Assembly (NCBI GenBank): GCA_000934665.2
Contig: JYFJ02001538.1
Span: 56,640 to 76,639, forward strand
Direction: 5' to 3'
Source of the DNA: Catajapyx aquilonaris
Taxonomy: Eukaryota
Length of the DNA stretch: 20,000 bases
The notes beneath the pieces were generated by a model that did not search any database, was not told where the DNA came from, and saw only the letters and a program-made list of their open reading frames with translations. The position numbers were made by a program, and so were the translations under genes. This document shows positions 11,001 to 19,306 of this stretch, piece by piece. How positions within the stretch are numbered: the first letter of the stretch is position 1; the number at the start of each line of letters is the position of its first letter.

Positions 11001-12602
11001 TATTTCTTCTTCCTTCATATCCATGGTAGCCCTACTCACTACAGTGGGTGTTTTTTTTTTTCGCGAGCACATGTCTAATATAATATTATGTAAGAAGTGC
11101 TTACCGGAACTTTTGCCCACTGATGTGGTTACTCCAGAGGTCGAACCCAGACTGAGGCTGATGTACGGGTTCATGGGGGCTATCCTTCCCCCCCCCTGAC
11201 TGCAACTCTCCCACCCTGAAACACCCACCCCACTACTCTTCGTCCCCTCCTGCTTCCACCTACTATGGTCCCCCCCTCCCCCAAAAACCATCTTCTGCTC
11301 GGGCACCATCACCATCATTTCCCATTCACCACTCAAGACCTTTTTTACTTTATTTTTTTTAATTTTTTTCTTACTCTCCCTTCCCCGTATTTTTGACGGC
11401 CCTTGTGAGTACCGGCTTCTTTTCCGGGAATGGGTCACACACTAACAGAAAAAAAAAATCCTCATAATAATAGATGCATCTTTATGGAAGGGAGGGGAAT
11501 TCTTTGGAAAATGGGAGACACTTTAAGAAGATAAGACCCGGTCCACTTTTTGGAAGCAGATGGTCAGCACGAACCTAATTTTTGAATCCACCAAAAAATT
11601 AGACGGAAAGTGAAAAATGTGCCGCCTATTACTTTATTTTTTTATTTTTTATTTAAAAAAAATAAATATCTTGGTTAATTTTTCAAAGTGTATGTACCCT
11701 TTTTTTGGAAGGTTGCATCATGCTTGATTTATGGAGGGCAAGTTAAGGAACAGAAAAAAAATATAGGAAACAAAGGCGACACTGACATTAGATAACAAGT
11801 ACAGGGTCTGCCTAAAAGAATTTACGATTCGAGACTAGTTTATGATGTGGCAATGTCTGACTTCATTTTCCAGACTCAAGAGTTTGGGTTTCGTTTTCCT
11901 CTTTCTTTTTTTTGTATATATATAAGTTTTTTTGTGTGAAGGGGAGAGTGTGTGGCAGTCACTAATTGACACCTAAAATAAGCTAATTAGCGGCGTTTCC
12001 TAATTGGCTGTATGTGGAACTATTCTAGTTTGGAGCACCTGTGCACGTATCATAGTGTCGGCTACAAGTACATGCATAAATGTGATTATGCAGTGTGATG
12101 AACCCGGCGCAGGTTTAAAATTAGAGCGATATTTCCGGGGGTTCACAACAGCTGACCTGCGCTTCTGATGGAAAAGTGTTTATACTGGCCAAAAAGTGCC
12201 TTCCGCTGATTTAGAGGCGCTTCATTTTTTGTAAAAAAAAAAAACTTGACGGCTTGCACAACACATTTCTTCCGGGGGCTTCGGCTTTATTTGTTGTGAG
12301 AATTAGAGCCTATGAATATTGCTGGAAAATTAATGTGATATCAGGTTAGTGGGAGATGATGCAGTGCTTATTTATTTCTCCAGCTGGCCTATATGCATTG
12401 GGATGTTAAAAACTCAAAGCGTACCTATGGGGATTGGTCGGGACTGTTTTATAGCCATGGGGGGGAAAAAATGTCGTTTCCTTAAAGAGTCGGAAAGGTA
12501 TGTGGGACCTGCCTCAAGCTCAGGGGACTCATAAAAGGAAAGTCGTGTTACCCATAAAATTAGGGAGCCCTGAAAAATGACACCGGGCTGAGATTTAAGG
12601 GG

Positions 12603-12608
12603 TTTATT
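12603..12608 (-). terminator. Candidate polyadenylation signal (AATAAA) of HGSNAT
   Basis: TTTATT on the plus strand, ~115 nt downstream of the HGSNAT stop codon. Confidence 0.45.
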
Positions 12609-12721
12609 TCCAGATTAAATTTTTCTGAGGATTTTTTGACATATATTCACATAATGTACATGCGGTTGGAAGTGGGGATCAGATCTATGCAAGAGAGAAT
12701 AAGAAAGGCTGCGACTTCGTT

Positions 12722-12900
12722 TCAGACAGTGATGAAGAGCCTCTTCCTGTACATGATGTAGGATATGAGTATCCAGAGTGCAGTGGCCCAGATGTGTTGG
12801 GCCAGGAAAGCTAGGTGAGTTGGCGGCAAGGGCTGCCAGGTCCATGGGAAAGTTCGTTTGGTGAACTCGCTGCCTACGTACACTGTCAGCGCATTCATGC
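12722..12900 (-). CDS. HGSNAT: HGSNAT final coding exon (MNALTVYVG...YRKRLFITV*)
   Basis: Acceptor CTCAACAG|GC; TGA at 12724..12722; matches the family C-terminal TM segment. Confidence 0.93.
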
Positions 12901-15781
12901 CTGTTGAGCAGAAATGTTGTTAGTTACGAAAAGGACTCGGAAGTCACATTCTGAGTCTGATGCTCACCTGCGAATGCGAATGGTGCCCCAGACCAGTACC
13001 GCTTGACGTCAATGATGTAGTACAGCAAAGCCAGCATAATGAACGCTAGAGACGACAGTGCCATTGCGAAAGAGACTGACCACAGGTTCTTGTTGATCGG
13101 GATGACTCCCTGGTTCTGGGTGTATCCGCAGAGTGCGCCTGCAACTACGCCAAGGATCAGGCCCCACGCACCCCATCGTCTCATCCTAGCCCATGCGTCG
13201 GGGAATGTGGTCATAATCCGACCTGCATGTACTCCGAGGTACATGGTGAACGCGGCGGTCAGGGTACCCAGCAGGCCTTCAGGGTCGTAAGGAACATTTG
13301 TGTTATACATGCGGAAACAAGTAGGGTGTTGGTAAAGGTGTGTGGGACCTAATACGAGGCGGTCTACATATCCAGATGCGCCGCCAGTGCAATTCGGGTA
13401 ACCGGTGTACATGTGCAGGCCGCCAGGGCCTAAGTAGCCTCTGCAAATTGTCAAAAAAAGGTGAGAAGTCAGTACAATCTGTACATCAACATGTGAGTGC
13501 AACGTACTTTCCACATCCAGGAACATCTAGCAAGAAGGTGACTATAATATGGATGGCCACCAGCGTGAGGATTACAGCCCACTGGAACCAGCTGGAAACC
13601 AGGTCACGCACTGGAGCCCACCACATGTACTGTCGAAGAAAAACATTAGATCACTCATTACATCTCACGTGCTTCGTACAAAAAGAGAGTCATGAGCGAA
13701 AGGAAATGTGCCGCAATAAGTTTACAGAAACTGTTATGTACAAACATAAGCACATATTATGTCAATCCTTACCATATATGGATCCTCAGCCTGCAATCGC
13801 ATGACTTCAAGTATTGCAACCACGGCATAGGAGATTCCAATTCGCTGCAGGACACCCATGACCCGCATGTGTGTCACGTCATCCTTCCCATGAGCACAAT
13901 TTATGATGACACCCAGGGCAAACAGGATGGCTGCTCTCCTCAATACTTGCAGTGCCAGCCTGATTCTCGACATTCGTCTACGCAGCCTGTTCTGCGTAGC
14001 CACAACTATGCTGACCCCCGATATCCAGAGGAACCACGGAAAAACCAGATCAGCCACAGTCAAGCCATTCCAAGCAGAGTGGGCGAAGAACCAGAACTTG
14101 CCACCACCATAGTTGACGAACAGCATGGCGGCTACTGACAGCCCTCGGAATGCATCCAAACTCCGCACCCGCCGCCTGAGCCGCTCGGCAGCAAAGTCGA
14201 TTGGATCACGAGGTGTGGCTCCAGACGAAGCGGCGTCTGTTGAAGCGGATGGCTGTCCCAGATCCTGGTGGAATGTGCTGGTCACTGGTACTAGTAGAAC
14301 CAGGAACGACTGGGCTAATGGGGAGCGATATATGCGGCGGAGCACCAGGTACAGAAGGGACAACAGGAGGAGGGCCAGGAATGCATACAGCACAGCTGGA
14401 AAGACAGAAAACATCGTTATATTAACAAAGAGACAAAAACGACGCACATGTAACTTAAGTCCATTTCAGCATTTTAAAAAGTGAACTGTGCAATTCCGCT
14501 ATATACAGTCAAACATTAATTTCAAGTACGTAGTCCTGTACTCACGCAAATACGGATCTCCAGGTTGCACCACAATGTCTATAGTTGCCTGCTTCGGAGT
14601 CTCGAACAAACACTGGTACTGGCCATGCTCGGTGAAGTGATATGTCACTCTGAAAACAGGTTTCAAAAATTACATTTGAAAATTGTTAATAATGATGATG
14701 ACAACGACTCCTGTAGGAGCTGTTAATGAACACGCGGAGAGCATACATTTTTTCCGCATGCCACCAGTCATTATCTTCAGACAGCCTGATGATGGTGGGG
14801 AAGCTGGTGTTAACCACCATCGACGCTGATTGTCCACGATGAAGGGTCATGTACTTCCAGAACGAACACTGGAATGCAAAAGTTCAATTAGAGTAGCCTA
14901 CAGCAATATGTAATTTGGCAACATAATTCTTTAGACAATAATTGACAACATTGCAACCAATAAGCAGCCCAGTTCTATACCAAAAGTGGACCGGTTCTAG
15001 ACCAAAAGTGGGCTGGTTCTGGACTAAAAGTGGGCTGGTTTTAGACCAAAAGTGGACCAGTTCTACAGCAAAAGCGAACTGGTTCTGGAACAAAAGTGGA
15101 CTGGTTCTAGACCAAAAGTGGACCAGTTCTAGACCAACATGCAGACTGGTTCTAGACTATAAGTGAACCAGGTCTGGTCCAAAAGTGGACCAGTTCTTGA
15201 TCCAAAAGAGGGGAGGTTATCTTCTCCTTACATATAAAGCAGAAAGTTCGTCTGTATGCCCAGGCTATCTACCCCACTTCCGGACTACTGAGAGTGCTGA
15301 AACTTGGCACAACGACAGCTTATATTACAATCTTACATATAAAGCAACCAGTTTGTCCATGTGTCTGTCACGGCTATTTAACCCACTTTTGGACTACTGA
15401 GCGTGCTGAAACTTGGCGCACCGATGGTTTACGGGCCGGTGATTCAGGGAGCTGCCCTTTTTTTGGGGGGTGTCTACATTACTAAAATTTGGGCTTTTTC
15501 TGGCTTGCATCATTCCTGGTTTACGGCTATGGAAACGGGCTGTGCGAAGAACAGGCTCCGACTAATACAAGTGAACCGGTTCCAGACCAGGTCCGGCGGT
15601 CCCCCCATGCGAACATCACCTGGTCGCACTCCTGGCTCTGGGCCCAGACGGTGACTGTCTGGTCCGGCGCACCGTGTCCCCCCATCATGGCTCCGTACAC
15701 CACTTCCAGGCAGGCCTCGTTCACGTCCAGCTGCCTGACCCTGTTGTGTCTTCCTCGAGACGAGGTCACGTTGCAGGTCAT
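12722..15781 (-). CDS. HGSNAT: Heparan-alpha-glucosaminide N-acetyltransferase (TMEM76) orthologue, 7 coding exons: complement(join(12722..12900,12968..13440,13508..13629,13773..14395,14546..14649,14747..14868,15620..15781)), 1785 nt, 594 aa
   Basis: Manual splicing gives one open frame with all six introns GT-AG and compatible phases. Family motifs seen: RSLDAFRG, MLFVNYGGG, FAHSAWNGLTVADLVFPWF (catalytic His region), MGVLQRIG, PGCGKGYLGPGG, NCTGGASGYVDR, YDPEGLLGT, IPINKNLWSVSF, GMNALTVYVG, C-terminal ATALWILISYIMYRKRLFITV*. The start ATG (context GTCAACATG) is the least certain part. Confidence 0.95.
12968..13440 (-). CDS. HGSNAT: HGSNAT coding exon 6 (GYLGPGG...WSGAPFAFA)
   Basis: Acceptor TTTGCAG|A and donor G|GTGAGC; lies within ORF 12924..13526. 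Confidence 0.95.
13508..13629 (-). CDS. HGSNAT: HGSNAT coding exon 5 (YMWWAPVRDLVSSWFQW...LDVPGCG)
   Basis: Acceptor TTTCTTCGACAG|TAC and donor AA|GTACGT; D-L-x-x-x-W-x-Q-W and TFLLxVPGC motifs. Confidence 0.92.
13773..14395 (-). CDS. HGSNAT: HGSNAT coding exon 4 (TM1 to catalytic core)
   Basis: Acceptor TCTGTCTTTCCAG|CT and donor ATG|GTAAGG; lies within ORF 13734..14447; contains RSLDAFRG and HSAWNGLTVADLVFPWF. Confidence 0.95.
14546..14649 (-). CDS. HGSNAT: HGSNAT coding exon 3 (VTYHFTEHGQY...PGDPYL)
   Basis: Acceptor CTGTTTTCAG|A and donor C|GTGAGT; Y-x-F-x-E-x-G-x-Y motif of the luminal domain. Confidence 0.9.
14747..14868 (-). CDS. HGSNAT: HGSNAT coding exon 2 (CSFWKYMTL...VVNTSFPTIIRL...HAEK)
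   Basis: Acceptor TTGCATTCCAG|TGT and donor AT|GTATGC; 122 nt; open and phase-compatible with both neighbours. Confidence 0.85.
14968..15208. repeat. 22-bp minisatellite (CCAAAAGTGGACCAGTTCTAGA consensus) x ~11 in HGSNAT intron 1
   Basis: Degenerate tandem copies; a further unit-like copy at ~15569-15589. Confidence 0.88.
15225..15565 (+). mobile_element. Second Helitron-like element with duplicated 5' head, in HGSNAT intron 1
   Basis: Two ~85-bp heads CTTACATATAAAGCA...GGACTACTGAG.GTGCTGAAACTTGGC (15227-15309, 15332-15417); 3' ATGGAAACGGGCTGTGC-GAA-GAACAGGC...CTAA|T resembles the 3' end of the 4439-4696 element. Confidence 0.5.
15620..15781 (-). CDS. HGSNAT: HGSNAT coding exon 1 (MTCNVT...LDVNEACLEVV...TVTVWAQSQECDQ)
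   Basis: Resembles the luminal N-terminal segment of the family (D/N-E-A-x-L ... V-W-x-Q-S-x-x-C-x-x-C). Phase-0 donor CAG|GTGATG at 15619. 5' boundary uncertain. Confidence 0.75.
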
Positions 15782-16294
15782 GTTGACTGGAAATCTTCTG
15801 ACCTTTTGTGTCTCAATAAGTGTCCCTTTCTGTTAGTCTGGGCGTATCCTGCAGGAGGGATTCGTCATCCTCGCCTGCCTCCTGTGTCCTCTCGAGGGGG
15901 AAGTTGGGCAATGCTCTCTCTCCTCGTCTGATAAATGCAGTGCAATCGCACAATTTTTATCTTGCAGAGGGGAAGATGCTGGGGGGGAGGAAAGGCCGCA
16001 ATAAGTGCGGCCGTATGTGTGTGTATGAGGCAGAGATAATAATATTCGCGTGTTTACATGTCCCAATCGGGGAGCAGTGCTGCTCGGCGCATGCGTGTTA
16101 CGCCAAATGCGGTTGCACGTGTAAAATACAGACTTTATCAAACATGGCGGCTGACTGTGCCAATATAGATTATTAAATAGATGGCATCGCGCGGGTGTTC
16201 AAAGATTTGGCGATTTTTGTGTGTGTGTTCTTTTTGCACAGGAACCGCCAAAATGCATTGGATTCACGTAAGAATCACGAAGGTACACTGTACA

Positions 16295-16337
16295 GTGTGC
16301 AATGTCTATGAAATAATATTTCATAGACATTGCACAC
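16295..16337. repeat. Perfect palindrome, 21-bp arms, 1-nt centre
   Basis: GTGTGCAATGTCTATGAAATA-A-TATTTCATAGACATTGCACAC. Confidence 0.95.
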
Positions 16338-16359
16338 CGTACTAGTGTACAGTGTACTG

Positions 16360-16420
16360 TACCAGCTCTGACACCCTTCATCGAATAATTATTATTCGAT
16401 GAAGGGTGTCAGAGCTGGTA
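16360..16420. repeat. Perfect palindrome, 30-bp arms, 1-nt centre
   Basis: TACCAGCTCTGACACCCTTCATCGAATAAT-T-ATTATTCGATGAAGGGTGTCAGAGCTGGTA. Confidence 0.95.
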
Positions 16421-16474
16421 ATATTCGCACTACTGACATTCACATTGAACTGGTAATTTTTTAAGTTTTCCCAT

Positions 16475-16495
16475 ACAACAACAACAACAACAACA

Positions 16496-16565
<70 letters not shown>

Positions 16566-16595
16566 GTAACAACAACGACGACGACGACGACAATA
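16475..16595. repeat. Compound trinucleotide microsatellite (CAA)n(CTA)n(CAA)n(CGA)n
   Basis: Read directly from the sequence. Confidence 0.95.
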
Positions 16596-16826
16596 ATGAG
16601 AACTAATGAGAGGTGAGAACATTATTATTCAAAATGTCATATAAATCCATTTTATTACAAGTACCGTATTATTAGGCTATAGTACATTTATTTACATTGG
16701 TTACGGTTGCTTTGCACATCTTGGCAACTTCGTTATTGTTGGGCTAGACTGCCAAACGGAGAGTGTACACCGTGTGAGCAGCAAGCGGAATTTCTTTTAC
16801 TTCCAGCTTGGATAGGAGTATAGAGG

Positions 16827-16938
16827 ATGGCGGAAGAATCGCGTATGACTTTTGGGGGTTTCCATCGCAAGACCAATAAGGACCGAAAGCCGATGAAGCC
16901 GAAGCCATTACAGCAAGACCCTGATGACATTTTAGCAG
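16827..16938 (+). CDS. Uncharacterised gene coding exon 1 (MAEESRMTFGGFHRK...DDILA)
   Basis: 112 nt open; donor G|GTATGA; strong acceptor TTTCTTTTACTTCCAG ending at 16806 implies a further 5'-UTR exon upstream. Confidence 0.7.
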
Positions 16939-19072
16939 GTATGAAACTTGCTTGATTACTCCAATCTGCAATAGACCATAATTATTATCTTGAAATAATT
17001 CTGTGGTGACTCCAAACGTTATGAGTGTCCGCTTAAAATAACTACTCTGTATTAATATTTTTTTCAGCAATTGAACAAGCGAAGAAGAGGGCAGAGGCGC
17101 TACAGTCAGACTTAGGAGAGGCCACGCACAAGATAGATTCCATGTTGAATGAAACGACTGACACTTTGTCCGTCCTAGAGGAAGAAATTGATCGCAGCTA
17201 TATGACCTTTGAGGAACTCATCAAATTCAACTGGCAGGACAGGATGATAGTGCCTGAGGAACGTTGCATACACAGCGCACAATATCGCAGATCTCGAGAG
17301 GCTTTCCTTGCCAAGTGGGAAGAGGAGAGGACAAAATCCGGTATGTACATCCATCTTGCGTCGTTGTCCATGGCCTTTTACTTACCTAATTATTGTTCCT
17401 CTTTAGCCAACCCTTGCGCTGATAAGGATTTGGAAGCTTTCATAGACGCCGGAATACGTAACATCAGCATGATATTCGATCCAAGCTGCACCAGTCTAAA
17501 AGACCAGTCTAGTACTGGTAAGTAACACATGTTGCAGATACAGATAACCCCAGACTTACAGGTATACATAAAAATAATTTTGTCACATTTAGCCTACTCT
17601 GGTTCCTAGCGAATTTTACATTTATTTAACATACCATTCAAATAGTAGAGTCAATATTACTGTGTACTGTACGACATGTTGCTGTTCTCCTTACGAAGGA
17701 TTTCAACAGTCAATTATTACGACGAATCTTTTAACGAGCGCAACCGAGTGCGCACCCACATTCGCGCAAGCCCGTTGTTACGACAGCAACGTTGCCACAG
17801 TTACTTCTAAGGGGCCTGTTCGTTCCAGAGACTTGGCAACATCGCAAAAGTCGGCCACATTATTACCCCCTCAAGGTTAGCGTTGGAAACAATTTGTGCT
17901 GTGTTTCGCACTCGGTTGGGCTCATTTAAAAAAAAAATCCGATTTTTTAAAATAGTAACAAGTGTGCAATAAGGTGTAAAAAAAACAGTATTCACATTTT
18001 TTTAGTGTGCCGGGACCTCAATAATGTGGCATTTGCAATGCCCGGCGGGTGCCACCGAATTTTCGCCCTGAAGTTTGTGGAAGCCGTCAACGAATTGCAT
18101 TCCCGTTGGCAGGACATAGAGACAATTCAGCTTGAGAACGTGTTGAAGCCCTCCCAGGAGCTGGTTGATGGCCTGGAGACATTCGACAAACTGGAGGAGG
18201 ACATGGAGGAGTACACTGTCGATCCAGACCCAAATGACGACAGCAATCGCAGCGAGGTCACCAACATGAGACACAGTTTCCTTCGAAATCTGCAAAAAAG
18301 GGAGAACAAAGCGCCCAAAATGACTGACAAGGAAGTGCAGGAGCAAACCAACAGGCTGGCCCAGTACTACCAGAGGCTCAGTTTGAAGGTGGAGGAGGAT
18401 GAAGAGAAGAAGGAAGAGGAGATGAAGAATGTTCTGAAGAAGCGAGGAGAGATGATGGAGACAATGGAGGAGGAGATAGCGAGGCTGAATGAGTATGAGG
18501 AGAGGGACACTGGAGAGTGGAAGGTGGCAAACAGGAAGAGGGAAGACGAGATGACCACGATGGAGCAGGCATTAGAGGAGCTGAAGGCAGACATGGGGGA
18601 GGTAGATAAGGAAAGAAAGATCGATAGCACCAGCAAGGGAAGCACAGCAAGTGGCGAAAGCAATGAGGAGCATACGTATGAGCCGGATCCCCTCACTATG
18701 GATATCACACCAGTGCTTTGTGCCCATCTTCGAAGGAATACAACACGGCCACCCACACGTCTAAGAATGCCTCCATCGGAAAGCATGGGGATGCCAATAT
18801 CCGGATTTATGAAGCAGCCGAAACCAAAACCGAAAGGTAAGCCTGAGCCCGCCAAGTCTAAGGAAGAGCCTCCTGCACCTCCCGCGAGAAATATGACAAG
18901 GAAAGCCAGGAATATAGCGAAGAAGAATGTCGAGGAGGCTGTTTCGAAGGGGATGGAGGAACTCATGAAAGGTTTGGTACAGAAAGACGAAGGTGTCGAG
19001 CGCCTAAAGCTGAAGATAGAGAAAGTCAAAGAGGAAATGGACAAGAGGAGACCGCGAGACAGTCTGCCCTAA
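16827..19072 (+). CDS. Uncharacterised charged/coiled-coil protein, 4 coding exons: join(16827..16938,17068..17340,17407..17517,18006..19072), 1563 nt, 520 aa
   Basis: ATG 16827 has an in-frame TAG 6 nt upstream. Three GT-AG introns, all phase 1 (GTATGA/TTTTTTCAG, GTATGT/CTCTTTAG, GTAAGT/TTTTTTAG), join ORFs 17142..17525 and 18005..19072 into one frame. Purine-rich coding-like composition; AATAAA 62 nt after the stop. No family recognised. Confidence 0.8.
17068..17340 (+). CDS. Uncharacterised gene coding exon 2
   Basis: Acceptor TTTTTTTCAG|CA and donor G|GTATGT; helical, E/K-rich. Confidence 0.78.
17407..17517 (+). CDS. Uncharacterised gene coding exon 3
   Basis: Acceptor TTCCTCTTTAG|CC and donor G|GTAAGT. 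Confidence 0.72.
17729..17931. mobile_element. Degenerate MITE-like element in intron 3 of the plus-strand gene
   Basis: Imperfect ~32-bp inverted repeats TTTTAACGAGCGCAACCGAGTGCG / CGCACTCGGTTGGGCTCATTTAAAA; TTAA at both ends. Confidence 0.5.
18006..19072 (+). CDS. Uncharacterised gene final coding exon (acidic coiled-coil, Pro/Lys-rich linker, C-terminal charged helix)
   Basis: 1067-nt open frame following acceptor CATTTTTTTAG; stop TAA 19070..19072. Confidence 0.85.
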
Positions 19073-19133
19073 TTTCTGGGATATTTCACGTTTTTATGTG
19101 TGTACTTACTCGTACAACAAATTTTTTTACGCA

Positions 19134-19139
19134 AATAAA
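19134..19139 (+). terminator. Candidate polyadenylation signal AATAAA of the plus-strand gene
   Basis: AATAAA 62 nt after the stop codon. Confidence 0.55.
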
Positions 19140-19220
19140 GAATCTTCCTTGGAGACAACTTGCATTTTAAAAAGAAGGATGCTGTGCCTGCAATTTTTAT
19201 TTTCCACTTTAAAGTGTGCA

Positions 19221-19306
19221 CTAGGAAAATCCTCGCTCCGCTCGCCTTTTCCTAGGGCGCAGGCCTAGAAAACCACTCGCTTCGCTCGCTGTTTTCTAGG
19301 CCTGCG
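19221..19306. repeat. Tandem pair of stem-loops with near-identical CTCGCT(C/T)CGCTCG loops
   Basis: Stem 1 CTAGGAAAA/TTTTCCTAG (19221-19255); stem 2 CGCAGGCCTAGAAAAC/GTTTTCTAGGCCTGCG (19258-19306). Confidence 0.8.

Noticed and set aside
10842..11458. 198-aa minus-strand ORF, or a C-rich SINE-like body with an A-tail
   Set aside because: The ORF runs through microsatellites and homopolymers; no clear A/B boxes or target-site duplication to support a SINE call
13039..14484. Plus-strand ORFs overlapping HGSNAT
   Set aside because: Antisense shadows of GC-rich coding exons; no recognisable motifs
14968..15208. 22-bp repeat as a CRISPR array, or as a repeat protein (ORFs 14884..15093, 14942..15166)
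   Set aside because: No spacers; unit length is not a multiple of 3; lies inside an HGSNAT intron
15833..15835. In-frame TAA upstream of HGSNAT as evidence of pseudogenisation or readthrough
   Set aside because: The downstream 594-codon frame and catalytic motifs are intact, and the upstream in-frame sequence shows no HGSNAT-like or signal-peptide features
16141..16176. AACATGGCGGC as the start codon of the plus-strand gene
   Set aside because: Frame closes after 10 codons, and an in-frame TAG precedes ATG 16827; more likely a YY1-like promoter motif, which cannot be confirmed from sequence alone
16378..16593. 71-aa poly-Val ORF as a signal-peptide/TM exon for HGSNAT
   Set aside because: It is simply the translation of the (TAG)n/(TTG)n microsatellite and has a non-ATG start
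18002..19044. Minus-strand ORFs (225, 114, 90, 74 aa)
   Set aside because: Antisense shadows of the purine-rich plus-strand exon (Ser/Phe/Leu-rich); no independent signals
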